Of a stretch of 60,689 bases of DNA, positions 45,178 to 54,749 are shown one piece after another. The notes under the pieces are model-generated. The model made no database searches. It was given only the letters and a program-made list of their open reading frames with translations, and had not been told where the DNA came from. This DNA comes from Candidatus Krumholzibacteriia bacterium (GTDB lineage: Bacteria > Krumholzibacteriota > Krumholzibacteriia > LZORAL124-64-63). The stretch's first letter is position 1; every line of letters begins with the position of its first letter. The DNA lies in contig JAYRFB010000118.1 of the NCBI GenBank assembly GCA_041908585.1, positions 1 to 60,689 of the forward strand. The letters run 5' to 3'. Both the position numbers and the translations under genes were made by a program.

Positions 45178-46121
45178 CGGGGGGGGATCCGTTGGCGACG
45201 GGAACGGAGGCGCAGGCGGCGGCGCCGCTGGTGAGCATCGGCCTGCCGGTGTACAACGGGGAGAATTTCCTGCGCCAGGCGCTCGAGTCGCTGTGCGCGC
45301 AGACGGTCGCCGACCTGGAGATCGTCATCTCGGACAACGCCTCGACCGACGGTACCGAGGCTATCTGCCGCGAGTTCGCGGCGCGTGACCGGCGCGTGCG
45401 CTACATCCGCCAGGAGCGCAACCTCGGCGCCGGGCCGAACTACAACTTCGTCTTCCACGCGTCGCGGGGACGCTACTTCAAGTGGGCGGCCCATGACGAC
45501 TACATGGATCCCGAGGCGATGGCCGTCTGCGCCGCGGCGCTTGAAGCCGACCCCCAGTCGGTGCTGTGCCACCCGCTCCTGGTCGATGTGGACGAGCAAG
45601 GCCATGTCATTGCCGAGTTCGACCGCGGGACGGCGGGCCTCGGCCCCGCGCGCGACCGCTTCTTCCAGGTGATCCAGATCGGGCACAACTGCGCCGAAGT
45701 GTTCGGCCTGACCCGGCGCTCGGCCCTGCTGCAGACGGGCCTGATCCGCGACTACACCGACAGCGACCGCACGCTGCTCGGGGAGCTGGCGCTGCGGGGC
45801 CGCCTGCGACAGGCGGCGGGTGCGCGTTTCTACCGGCGCATCCACGGTCGCAAGTCCGACAAGGTCTTCGCCAGCTATCACGAGCGCGCCGCCTGGTTCA
45901 ACCCGGCCAACCAGGGCCGGCTCGTGCTCTCGGCCTGGAACCAGCTGAAGGACCTGCTGGGCTCGTGGTGGCGCTGCGACCTGCCGGCCGGCGAGAAGCT
46001 GGCCTGCCTGTGGCGCCTGGCCAAGGTCACGAAGTGGAACGCGCCGCTCTACCGGATGGAGCTGGCCTGGGCCTGGCGGCATCGCTTCGGGCGGCGTTCC
46101 GGCGCCGGCGGTGCGCGATGA
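45174..46121 (+). CDS. Family 2 glycosyltransferase
   Basis: GTG 45174 overlaps the upstream stop (GTGA). VSIGLPVYNGENFL, ISDNASTDGT, AAHDD. Confidence 0.8.
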   Translation: MTGGDPLATGTEAQAAAPLVSIGLPVYNGENFLRQALESLCAQTVADLEIVISDNASTDGTEAICREFAARDRRVRYIRQERNLGAGPNYNFVFHASRGRYFKWAAHDDYMDPEAMAVCAAALEADPQSVLCHPLLVDVDEQGHVIAEFDRGTAGLGPARDRFFQVIQIGHNCAEVFGLTRRSALLQTGLIRDYTDSDRTLLGELALRGRLRQAAGARFYRRIHGRKSDKVFASYHERAAWFNPANQGRLVLSAWNQLKDLLGSWWRCDLPAGEKLACLWRLAKVTKWNAPLYRMELAWAWRHRFGRRSGAGGAR

Positions 46122-48145
46122 CCCTGCTGCTGCGCGACGACTTTCGCGGCGACCGGCGCGCCGGGAGCGCCCTTGGGCCTGCCCGCGACGGCGACCCGGC
46201 GCGTGGCGGCGTCGACGTCGAGCGCCTGCTGTCGGTCGACGGCGGGGCCCTGCGCATCATGCCCCCGCTGCACGCGGGCTGGGGGCGCACCTGCCTGTCC
46301 TACGGGCCGTTCGCCAACGAGCGCGGGCTGGCCTTCTCCGTGCAGCTGCTCAATGGGCACAACACCTCGCAGTCGGAAGTCATGGCCGACACCCTGCGCT
46401 CGCGCGTTGCGCGCTGGGCGCGAGGCAGCGGCGCCGTACCGGTCGCCCGGCGGCTGCGCCGCTGGCTCGTCAGCGGGCGCGTGCGCCGCACGCTGCGGCA
46501 GGTGCGGTGGTGGCGGCAGATCGCGACCGGATCGGCCCGGGTCAACCTGCTGGACGAGAACCTCGCGGTCGGGTTCTACCCGGCCGCCGTCGGTGACCCG
46601 ACGCGTGCGGGCGCCGGCTTCGTGATGCACGCCGATGGTCCTCGCAACGGCGAGCTGTGGGCAGGAGCCGACGGACAGTGGGCACCGGTCGTTCTCGGGG
46701 TCCAGAACGTGCCGATCACGTACGTGGCCATCGTCCGCGAGTACGACGTGCTGCTCGGCGCGGCCTCGCTGCCGGGTGCCCACGGCCTCGGCGCCCATCC
46801 CTGCCTGCGGCCCCTGGCCGTCGTGGCGCGCCCGGACGCCCCGCGCGTGCATGCCGGCGTGCACCAGGCGGTGCTCGGGCAGATCGGATTCCGCGCCGAT
46901 ACGCGCGTTCACGGGGCGCGCGTGGCGCGCCTGGAGGCGCGCGACCTGGAGCGACTGCTGCCGCTCGCGGCGGACCAGGGACTGGCCGGCGCCGTGCTGG
47001 CCGGCCGCGCGGCCGCTGTCGGCGGGACCTGGCACCAGGCGGGAGACCTGGCGCTGCTGGATGCAGGCCGTCCGGTGGGCCTGACGGTGATCAGCTGCGA
47101 TCCCGGGCGCCTGGGGGCCGGCGCCGTCGTCGTGCGTGGCGGCGCCGCGGCCGACGGCAGCGCGGGTTGGGAGCTGCGGCTGGCCGCGGACGGCGCCGCG
47201 CTGGCGACCTGGCCCCCGGGCGGCGACGGCGAGGTGGCGGCGTGTTCCTGGTCTGACTGCCCGGGTCGCGTGCAGGTCCTCGATGATGGACGCGAGCTGG
47301 CGGTGCTGGCTCCCGGCGGCCTGTTGTTCGGGCGCCGATTCCGTTCGCCGGGCGATGGCCCGGGCACGGCGCTGGCCGCCATGGCGCTCGCGGGGCGCGC
47401 GCCGGCCGGGCTGCTCGGGGTCGAAGCGATGGCCCGCGAGCTTGACCTGCCGGACGAGCTGCTGGCCGGCGAGCCCTGGAATCCGGAGTCGGGCGCTGAG
47501 GTGGCGGCCGATCCGCTGGAGGGACCGCCCGGCGACCTGGACGGTCGCGCCCTGCCCGGCGGCGGCGTCGCCTGGCGCCGCCTGCGCGGGTCGGGAGTCC
47601 TCGAGTCCGACGGTGCCGGAGGCGCGCGCTGGCATGCCGACCCGTCGCGACCGTTGCCCGACCGCACGATCTACGCGATCGACTGGCCCGACCCGGGGTT
47701 TGCCGACCTGGAGGTGACCTTGACGCCGCCCGGCACCGCGCGCGGGCAGCGCCAGCACGGCACGGCGGGCTTCTGCCTGTGGCAGGACGAGGACCACCAC
47801 CTGCTGGTCAACACCTGGCTTGACGACGGTTACGGCGGAGCCTCGCTGTCGTCGTTCTTCACGATCGGCGGCTTCGAGGACCTCTACGACGCCATCTGGA
47901 CGAACGTCGGCGATCGCGTGACCTGGGGTCGGCCGCTTCGGTTGCGCCTGGTCAGCGACGGGCTGCGCTACACGGTGAGCCTGGACGGCGAGCCCGTCCT
48001 GCACCGCTCGTTGGCCGACGTCTATCCCGGTTGCCGTCCCCTGCGCATCACGCAGGTCGGGCTGCTCGGCAACTGGGAGTGGGGCGCCGACACGGGGAGC
48101 CGGTTCTCCGGGTTCCGCGCCGCGGCCCGGCAGGGGAGGCGATAG
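46118..48145 (+). CDS. 675-aa cytoplasmic protein of unknown function (two jelly-roll/LamG-like regions suspected)
   Basis: ATG 46118 overlaps the upstream stop (ATGA), in the frame of track ORF 45566..48145. No signal peptide or TM segment. N-terminus MTLLLRDDFRGD....DVERLLSVDGGALRI. C-terminal third ...GFCLWQDEDHHLLVNTWLDDGYGGASLSSFF...LRLRLVSDGLRYTVSLDGEPVL. G/C-rich third positions throughout. Confidence 0.75.
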   Translation: MTLLLRDDFRGDRRAGSALGPARDGDPARGGVDVERLLSVDGGALRIMPPLHAGWGRTCLSYGPFANERGLAFSVQLLNGHNTSQSEVMADTLRSRVARWARGSGAVPVARRLRRWLVSGRVRRTLRQVRWWRQIATGSARVNLLDENLAVGFYPAAVGDPTRAGAGFVMHADGPRNGELWAGADGQWAPVVLGVQNVPITYVAIVREYDVLLGAASLPGAHGLGAHPCLRPLAVVARPDAPRVHAGVHQAVLGQIGFRADTRVHGARVARLEARDLERLLPLAADQGLAGAVLAGRAAAVGGTWHQAGDLALLDAGRPVGLTVISCDPGRLGAGAVVVRGGAAADGSAGWELRLAADGAALATWPPGGDGEVAACSWSDCPGRVQVLDDGRELAVLAPGGLLFGRRFRSPGDGPGTALAAMALAGRAPAGLLGVEAMARELDLPDELLAGEPWNPESGAEVAADPLEGPPGDLDGRALPGGGVAWRRLRGSGVLESDGAGGARWHADPSRPLPDRTIYAIDWPDPGFADLEVTLTPPGTARGQRQHGTAGFCLWQDEDHHLLVNTWLDDGYGGASLSSFFTIGGFEDLYDAIWTNVGDRVTWGRPLRLRLVSDGLRYTVSLDGEPVLHRSLADVYPGCRPLRITQVGLLGNWEWGADTGSRFSGFRAAARQGRR

Positions 48146-48147
48146 GC

Positions 48148-48594
48148 GTGGACAACCCCATCCCGACGCGTGCTAAGGTGGGTGGCGAAGCCGGGTGGCG
48201 TCGCCTGGTCTCGCCGCGCCAGTTCCTGGCCTACCTCGGCGTCGGCGTGGTCGGCACGGGCGGGCACTACCTGGCGCTGGTGGCCCTGGTCCGCGGCGCC
48301 GGGCTGGACCCGGTGGTCGCCACGACCTGCGGCTTCGCGGTGGGCGCGGTCATCAACTACGTCGCCAACTACCACCTGACCTTCCGCAGCCGTCGCAGCC
48401 ATGCCGGAACGATGCCCCGCTTCTTCGCGATCGCCCTGGCGGGCATGGGTGTCAACGCCGGCGTGATGGCAGCCTGCCATCGCGGCCTGGGCCTGCACTA
48501 CCTGCTGTCGCAGGTCCTGGCGACGGGCACCGTCGTGGTGCTGACGTACCTGGGCAACCGACTCTGGACCTTCCGCGAGGTGAACGATGCCTGA
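48148..48594 (+). CDS. GtrA-family small membrane protein
   Basis: GTG 48148, 2 nt after the upstream stop and preceded by GGGGAGG. RQFLAYLGVGVVGTGGHYLALVALV...INYVANYHLTF....FFAIALAGMGVN...GNRLWTF: four TM segments, typical of GtrA-like proteins. Confidence 0.8.
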   Translation: MDNPIPTRAKVGGEAGWRRLVSPRQFLAYLGVGVVGTGGHYLALVALVRGAGLDPVVATTCGFAVGAVINYVANYHLTFRSRRSHAGTMPRFFAIALAGMGVNAGVMAACHRGLGLHYLLSQVLATGTVVVLTYLGNRLWTFREVNDA

Positions 48595-49591
48595 GCGCGA
48601 CGCGAACCAGTCCGGCCGGGGCCGTGAACGGCTGTCGGTGGTCGTGCCCTGCTACAACGAGCAGGAGGTGTTGCCGGAGTTCCACCGGCGGCTCGCCGCG
48701 GTGATGGCGGGACTGGGACTCTCCTGGGAAGTCGTCTACGTCAACGACGGCAGCGGTGACGGCACGCTCAAGGTCATGCACGACCTGCAGGAAGCCCATC
48801 CCGAGGTGGCGATCGTCGACCTGAGCCGCAACTTCGGCAAGGAGGTCGCGATGACCGCGGGACTGGACGCCTGTCGCGGCGATGCGGTCGTGGTGATCGA
48901 TGCCGACCTGCAGGACCCGCCCGAGGTCATCCCGCAGTTGGTGGCCGAGTGGCGCGCCGGCTACGACATGGTGTACGCGCGGCGCGAGTCGCGCGCGGGC
49001 GAGACCGCCCTGAAGAAGGCGACGGCCCGCTGGTTCTACCGCGTGATCGGCAAGCTGAGCCGCGTGCGCATCCCGGCCGACACGGGCGACTTCCGCCTGA
49101 TGAGCCGCCGCGCTGTGGACGCCCTCCTGCAGTTGCGCGAGCAGCACCGCTTCATGAAGGGCCTGTTCGCCTGGGTCGGCTTCCCCCAGAAGGCGGTCAT
49201 GTACCGGCGCGACCCGCGCTTCGCCGGCGATACCAAGTGGAACTACTGGAAGCTCTGGAATTTCGCCGTCGAGGGCATCACCTCGTTCTCCACCGTGCCC
49301 CTGCGCCTGGCCACCTACTGCGGCGTCGGCATCGCGGTGATCGCATTCGTCTACGCGGGCTGGATCTTCTACAAGACGCTGGCGTACGGCGAGTCGGTCA
49401 AGGGCTACCCGTCGCTGATGGTCGTCCTCCTGTTCCTGGGCGGCGGCCAGCTGATCGGCATCGGGCTCTTGGGCGAGTACCTGGGGCGCATGTTCAACGA
49501 GACCAAGAACCGGCCCCTCTATTTCCTCAACGAGTGCCGTCCGTCGCACCTTGCCCGCGGCGATGCGGCGCCGGGAGGCAGCCATGAGTGA
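48587..49591 (+). CDS. Polyprenyl-phosphate glycosyltransferase (GT2; GtrB/ArnC/DPM1-like)
   Basis: ORF 48587..49591, with an 8-nt overlap with the GtrA-like gene. LSVVVPCYNEQEVL, YVNDGSGDGT, LSRNFGKEVA, VIDADLQDPPE, and two C-terminal TM helices. Confidence 0.9.
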   Translation: MPERDANQSGRGRERLSVVVPCYNEQEVLPEFHRRLAAVMAGLGLSWEVVYVNDGSGDGTLKVMHDLQEAHPEVAIVDLSRNFGKEVAMTAGLDACRGDAVVVIDADLQDPPEVIPQLVAEWRAGYDMVYARRESRAGETALKKATARWFYRVIGKLSRVRIPADTGDFRLMSRRAVDALLQLREQHRFMKGLFAWVGFPQKAVMYRRDPRFAGDTKWNYWKLWNFAVEGITSFSTVPLRLATYCGVGIAVIAFVYAGWIFYKTLAYGESVKGYPSLMVVLLFLGGGQLIGIGLLGEYLGRMFNETKNRPLYFLNECRPSHLARGDAAPGGSHE

Positions 49592-51245
49592 ACGACGCGC
49601 CACCTGGCCGACGCTGGCCCTGCTGCTGGTGCTGCTGCTCTCGCTGGCGGCGAAGCTGGCCGTGCTCAAGGTCGGGGCCCCGTTCGTCTCCATCGACGAC
49701 CGCACGACGTTCGAGGGCGGTTTCCTGGTCTGGTTCGGCCATGCACCGCCGCAGCGGATGTACCTGGAATGCTGGCTGGCGGGCCTGGTCTCCGTGCTGA
49801 ATTTCGCCTGGCGCGTGCTCTCGCACGCCGCCCCCGGCGGCCTGGGCCTCAACATCGTGGCGGACGCCTACCGCGACTGGTACACGGCACCGGACAGCTA
49901 CGCGCACGCCTACCGCGCCGTGGCGATCGTCGTGGACCTGGCCGCGGCGTTCCTGACCTGGCGGCTGGCGCGCCGGGCCCTGGGAGAGGCCTGGCGCGGC
50001 TGGGCCGCGGTGCTGCCGCCGGCGCTGTTCCTGCTGTCGTACAACACGGTCTGGGCCGACGTCGTGGCCCGGCCCGACTCGATGCTGCCGCTGTTCATGG
50101 TCGCCGGCCTGCTGATGTACTACCGCTCGGACTTCGGCCGGCGGGGAGGCTGGCTTCTGGGGGCCGGGCTCGCGTTCGGCGCGGGGGCCGGCCTCAAGCT
50201 GCACATGGCATTCGCGGTCGTGTTCATGCTGGCGGACCTGGTGCGGGTGCACGGGCCGCGAACCGCGCTTCGCCTGGGCTGGGCCTGCGCGCTGGTCTCG
50301 GTGGCGGCCTTCCTGGTGTCGGCCGGGATCCCGCTGTTCGACCCGCTCAAGTACGTCAAGCTGCGGATGACCAACGCGAAGGACGACGCGTCGCCCTGGA
50401 TCCGCTGGGGCGAGCAGTTCGTGACCATGCTGCGAGGGACCGGCTGGCTCGTGCTGCCGCTGACGGTGGGCGCGGTCCTGCACCGCGGGCCGCGCTCCTT
50501 CCGCGGTGCCGGCCCCGTCGCCGCCAGCCTTGTCTTCCAGGCGATCGGCTGGCTGGTACTGTTCGGCGCCATCCGGCAGCTGCGCGGCTACTGGATGCTG
50601 CCGGCGATGCCCCTGTTCTTCATCGCCGCCGCCGGCTTCCTGGTGGCGATGGCGGCGCGGCGCCCGGGCTGGACCCGGCCGGCCATCGCGGTCGCCGCAG
50701 CCTGCGTGCTGGTGGCGGCCGGTCAGTCGTGGCGCGAGGTCGGCCTCCTGCGCGGGAGCGAGCAGGACGGGCTCAGGTCCTGGATCCGTACGAACGTGCC
50801 GCACGAGGCGCCGTTCTTCGTTTTCGGCTACGACGGCCTCGTCCTGCCGCGCAACACGCACTGCCTGCAGGTCGTTGCCGAGGGAGTCGAGCGGGGCCTG
50901 CGCGCCGATCGCGCCGCCGGCCAGGACTTCACCTCGCGCCACCTGAAGAACTGGGAGGAGCAGAACGAGCTGCGGCTCCAGGATCTGCTGGGCGGGCGCT
51001 GTGACACGGGCTGGGAATACTACTCCTACTACTCGACGCCCCTGGACAAGTACGCCGGCCTGGTCGACATGGAGGCCATGCGCTTCGTGATGGTCGAGGA
51101 GAACTTCGAGAACCCGCCCGACTTCCCGCTGGCGACCTTCCTGGCCGGCGGGTTCGACCTGGTGGCCGAGACCGTGGGCGCCGGCGGCCGTGGCTACGGC
51201 CTCAAGTACCGCATCTACCAGCGGCGCGAAGGGCAGGCGAGGTAA
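49584..51245 (+). CDS. Polytopic membrane glycosyltransferase, GT-C fold suspected (ArnT/PMT/GtrC-like role)
   Basis: ATG 49584 is preceded by GGGAGG and overlaps the upstream gene by 8 nt. About 11 TM segments. An acidic motif (VSIDDRTTFEGG) follows TM1, as in GT-C enzymes. The C-terminal ~150 aa form a soluble domain. Confidence 0.65.
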   Translation: MSERRATWPTLALLLVLLLSLAAKLAVLKVGAPFVSIDDRTTFEGGFLVWFGHAPPQRMYLECWLAGLVSVLNFAWRVLSHAAPGGLGLNIVADAYRDWYTAPDSYAHAYRAVAIVVDLAAAFLTWRLARRALGEAWRGWAAVLPPALFLLSYNTVWADVVARPDSMLPLFMVAGLLMYYRSDFGRRGGWLLGAGLAFGAGAGLKLHMAFAVVFMLADLVRVHGPRTALRLGWACALVSVAAFLVSAGIPLFDPLKYVKLRMTNAKDDASPWIRWGEQFVTMLRGTGWLVLPLTVGAVLHRGPRSFRGAGPVAASLVFQAIGWLVLFGAIRQLRGYWMLPAMPLFFIAAAGFLVAMAARRPGWTRPAIAVAAACVLVAAGQSWREVGLLRGSEQDGLRSWIRTNVPHEAPFFVFGYDGLVLPRNTHCLQVVAEGVERGLRADRAAGQDFTSRHLKNWEEQNELRLQDLLGGRCDTGWEYYSYYSTPLDKYAGLVDMEAMRFVMVEENFENPPDFPLATFLAGGFDLVAETVGAGGRGYGLKYRIYQRREGQAR

Positions 51246-51246
51246 C

Positions 51247-52380
51247 GTGCGCGTCCTGCACCTGCTGGAGAGCGGGGGCCTGTACGGGGCCGAGCGCGTG
51301 GTGCTGAACCTATCGCTGGCGATGCGGGCCGCGGGCCGGCACGAGCCTGTGGTCGGCTGCATCGTGCAACGCCCCGACGAGCCGAGCGCCCTGCACGATG
51401 AGGCCGTTCGCCTCGGCCTGCGCGCGGAGAAGGTGCTCCTGCGCAACCTGCGGCTGCCGCTGGACGCGCCGGGGGCTGCGCGGCGGCTCCGCGCGCTGGG
51501 GATCGGTCTGGTGCACAGCCACGGCTACAAGGCCACCGTCTACGGCAGCTTCCTGCGCGGGTGGTGGCGCGTGCCGATGACCGCGACGTGCCACCTGTGG
51601 TTCATGGACAGGGCCGCCCCGCTGAAGATGCGCGCCATGGTCGCGCTCGAGCAGCGACTGTATCGCCGCTTCCCGGCGGTCGTCGCGGTCTCCGGCGAGA
51701 TCCGCGACGTGCTCGTGCGCGCCGGCGTCAGGCCGGAGCGCGTGCGGGTCGTGGCCAACGGCATCCCGCTTGACGGGCCGTCGCCGACGCCGGCCGAGAG
51801 GATCGCCCTGCGCGACTCGCTGGGGGTGCCCGCCGGCGCGTTCCTGGTCCTGACGGCCGGCCGCCTGACCGCACAGAAGGACCAGGCGACGCTCCTGCGG
51901 GCCTTGGCGGCGCTGGCCGACGGTCCGCGCCCGGTGCACTGCGTGGTGGCCGGGGACGGCGAGCTGCGTGACGAACTGGCTGCGCTGGCGGAGCAGCCCG
52001 GGTTGCGTGGGCGCGTGCGGCTGCCCGGGTTCCGCGAGGACATGGCGGCGCTGCTGCGCGCGGCCGACGCCTTCGCGCTGCCGTCGCTGGACGAGGGCAT
52101 GCCAATGATCCTGCTCGAGGCCGCGGCCGCGGGGGCGCCCCTGGTTGCCACGCCGGTCGGCGACGTGCCGACGCTCGTGCGCGATGGCGTCACGGGCCTG
52201 CTGGTCCCGCGCGGTGACGCAGCCGCCCTGGCGGCGGCCCTCGGGAAATTGCGCGACGATCCCGGCCTGGCAGCGCGGCTGGGCGAGGCGGCGCGCGCGG
52301 AGGTGCGCCGTGAACACTCCCATGAGGCGATGGCCGCCCGCTACGCCGAGGTGTACGAGGAATATGCAGCCCGACATTGA
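51247..52380 (+). CDS. Family 4 (GT-B) glycosyltransferase
   Basis: GTG 51247, 1 nt after the upstream TAA. VRVLHLLESGGLYGAERVV. E-x7-E region EGMPMILLEAAAAGAPLVATPVGDVPTLV. Confidence 0.85.
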   Translation: MRVLHLLESGGLYGAERVVLNLSLAMRAAGRHEPVVGCIVQRPDEPSALHDEAVRLGLRAEKVLLRNLRLPLDAPGAARRLRALGIGLVHSHGYKATVYGSFLRGWWRVPMTATCHLWFMDRAAPLKMRAMVALEQRLYRRFPAVVAVSGEIRDVLVRAGVRPERVRVVANGIPLDGPSPTPAERIALRDSLGVPAGAFLVLTAGRLTAQKDQATLLRALAALADGPRPVHCVVAGDGELRDELAALAEQPGLRGRVRLPGFREDMAALLRAADAFALPSLDEGMPMILLEAAAAGAPLVATPVGDVPTLVRDGVTGLLVPRGDAAALAAALGKLRDDPGLAARLGEAARAEVRREHSHEAMAARYAEVYEEYAARH

Positions 52381-53290
52381 GAGCCCTGCCGTCCCCGGAC
52401 TCGTCTCGGTCGTGACGGCCGCCTACAACATGGGCGGCTACATCGCCGAGACGCTGGACTCGGTGCTGGGCCAGGACTACCCGCACGTCGAGTCGATCGT
52501 CGTGGACGACGGTTCCACCGACGATACGCAGCGCGTGCTCGAGCGATACGCCGCCGATCCGCGCGTGCGTGTCGTTCGCCAGGCCAACGCCGGCCAGACC
52601 GTGGCCAAGAACCGCGGGCTGCGCGAGGCGCGCGGCGAGTTCATCGCCTTCTGCGACGCCGACGATACCTGGCGCGCCGACAAGCTGAGCCGCCAGCTGC
52701 CGCGCTTCGCCGACCCGGGAGTCGGCGTCGTCTACAGCGACATCGAGTGCGTGGACGGCCAGGGACGACCCCTGCCCTACTACGACATTCCGCATCACGA
52801 GGGCCGCGTCACCGCCGAGTTGCTGATCGACAACTTCGTGCCGTTCCCGACCGCCGTGGCCCGTGCCTCCGTGCTGCGCGCGGCCGGCGGCTTCGACGAG
52901 TCGTTGACGATGTCCATCGACTACGACCTGTGGCTGCGGATCTCGGTCGACCACCGGTTCGCGTTCGTGCCCGAGCGGCTGGCCAACTACCGCGTCTGGG
53001 AGGGACAGATGTCGCGCAAGACCGGCGAGCGCCTGGACAACTTCATGCGCCTGCTGGAGCGGTTCCTGCGCGACCATCCCGGGGCCGTGACACGCCGGGA
53101 GATGGACCGCGCCTACGCGCACGTGCACGTGACGCGCGGCTACTGGCACGCTCGCGAAGGCCGGCGGGCCGATGCCTGGCGCGACTATCGCGAGGCGCTT
53201 CGGCGCGACCCGGCCGCGCTGCGGCTGTGGAAGCGGCTCGTCTCGCTGGCCCTGGACCGGGACCGGCTACGGCCGGGGGTGTCGTCGTGA
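52364..53290 (+). CDS. Family 2 glycosyltransferase
   Basis: Internal ATG at 52364, preceded by GAGGAA, with a 17-nt overlap with the upstream gene. VSVVTAAYNMGGYI, VVDDGSTDDT, FCDADD. Confidence 0.85.
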   Translation: MQPDIESPAVPGLVSVVTAAYNMGGYIAETLDSVLGQDYPHVESIVVDDGSTDDTQRVLERYAADPRVRVVRQANAGQTVAKNRGLREARGEFIAFCDADDTWRADKLSRQLPRFADPGVGVVYSDIECVDGQGRPLPYYDIPHHEGRVTAELLIDNFVPFPTAVARASVLRAAGGFDESLTMSIDYDLWLRISVDHRFAFVPERLANYRVWEGQMSRKTGERLDNFMRLLERFLRDHPGAVTRREMDRAYAHVHVTRGYWHAREGRRADAWRDYREALRRDPAALRLWKRLVSLALDRDRLRPGVSS

Positions 53291-54633
53291 GGCTGCCCGA
53301 CGCGCTGGTAGGGGTCTTCTTCGAGCCCGCCTGGGACCTCTATGAGCGCAGCGGCCGGCTTCGCGAGCTGCGGCGGCTGCGGCGCACCCAGTGGGATGCG
53401 CCGGCGGTGGTGCGCGCCCGGCAGGAAGACGCCTTGCGGCGGCTCGTCGACCACGCCGCGACGACGTGTCCATATTACCGGGCGTCCTGGGCGGAAGCCG
53501 GCGTCGACCCGCGGGCGATCCGCTCGCTGGAGGACCTGCGCCGCCTGCCGCTCGTGTCCAAGGACGATATCCGCGCGAGCGCCGACGACATGGTCTCGGC
53601 GCGGTACCGCAAGGCGGAGCTGCGGCCCGCGAAGACGGGCGGCTCCACCGGCGTGTCGCTGCTGGTACATTGCGACGAGCCGGCCATCCAGAGACGCGCC
53701 GCCGCCGCCCTGCGCTCCGACGAATGGTCCGGCTGGCGCCTGGGCCAGCCCATGGCCGCGGCCTGGGGCAACCCGCCGGTGCCTGCCACCTGGAAGGCCC
53801 GCCTGCGGGCCACGCTCAAGGAGCGCATCATCTACCTGGACACGATGCGCATCGACGAGCCGGCGCTCGAGCGCTTCCTGGCCCAGTGGGACCGCCTGCG
53901 CCCCGGCCTGCTCTTCGGCCATGCGCATTCGCTCTTCATCCTGGCCGAGTACCTGCTCGCGAGCGGTCGCACGCTGCGGCCGAAGGGCATCGTCGCCACC
54001 AGCATGATGCTGCTGGACCACGAGCGACGCGTCATCGAGCAGGCCTGCGAGGGCGTGCCGGTGACCAACCGGTACGGCTGCGAGGAGGTCAGCCTGATCG
54101 CCTGCGAGTGCGAGCAGCACCGCGGCCTGCACCTCAACGCCGACCACGTCATCACCGAGTTCCTGCGCGACGACGGCTCGCCGTGTTCCCCGGGGGAGGA
54201 CGGCCGCCTTGTCGTCACCGAGCTGATCAACTACGGCCAGCCGCTCATCCGCTACGAGCTGGGGGACCGCGGCGTGCCGTCGGACCGCCGCTGCCCCTGC
54301 GGGCGGGGGCTGCCGCTGATGGAGCAGGTCACCGGGCGAACGGCGGACTTCCTGCGCGCCGAGGGCGGGTTCCGCGTGCAGGGCATCTCGATCATCGAGA
54401 ACACCCTGACGAAGCTGCCGGGCATCCGGCAGATGCAGATCGTGCAGGAGGAGCCTCTGCGCCTGCAGGTCCACCTGGTGCCCGGCCCCGGCTGGGGGCC
54501 GGAGGTGGCGGCCGAGCTGGAGTCGACGCTGCGGGGGATCCTCGGGCAGGGCATGGCGATCGACCTGCTGCCGGGTGAGCGCATCCCGCAGGAGAAGAAC
54601 GGCAAGTACCGGTTCACGATCTGCCGGATTTGA
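53287..54633 (+). CDS. PaaK / coenzyme-F390-synthetase-like adenylate-forming enzyme (family often annotated CapK in glycan loci)
   Basis: GTG 53287 overlaps the upstream stop (GTGA), in the frame of track ORF 52747..54633. P-loop-like AKTGGSTGVSL, NRYGCEEV, RYELGDRG..., and C-terminal ...EKNGKYRF. Confidence 0.75.
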   Translation: MRLPDALVGVFFEPAWDLYERSGRLRELRRLRRTQWDAPAVVRARQEDALRRLVDHAATTCPYYRASWAEAGVDPRAIRSLEDLRRLPLVSKDDIRASADDMVSARYRKAELRPAKTGGSTGVSLLVHCDEPAIQRRAAAALRSDEWSGWRLGQPMAAAWGNPPVPATWKARLRATLKERIIYLDTMRIDEPALERFLAQWDRLRPGLLFGHAHSLFILAEYLLASGRTLRPKGIVATSMMLLDHERRVIEQACEGVPVTNRYGCEEVSLIACECEQHRGLHLNADHVITEFLRDDGSPCSPGEDGRLVVTELINYGQPLIRYELGDRGVPSDRRCPCGRGLPLMEQVTGRTADFLRAEGGFRVQGISIIENTLTKLPGIRQMQIVQEEPLRLQVHLVPGPGWGPEVAAELESTLRGILGQGMAIDLLPGERIPQEKNGKYRFTICRI

Positions 54634-54749
54634 TAAAGACGATCATTTGCAACAAGTTAGGCCTGTCGAAAGCGAGCCAGGGTGGCCGCTCGCGAGCATG
54701 GCTGAGCTTCATAAGCTCAAATTAACGCACAAAATGCATTTTACCTCTG

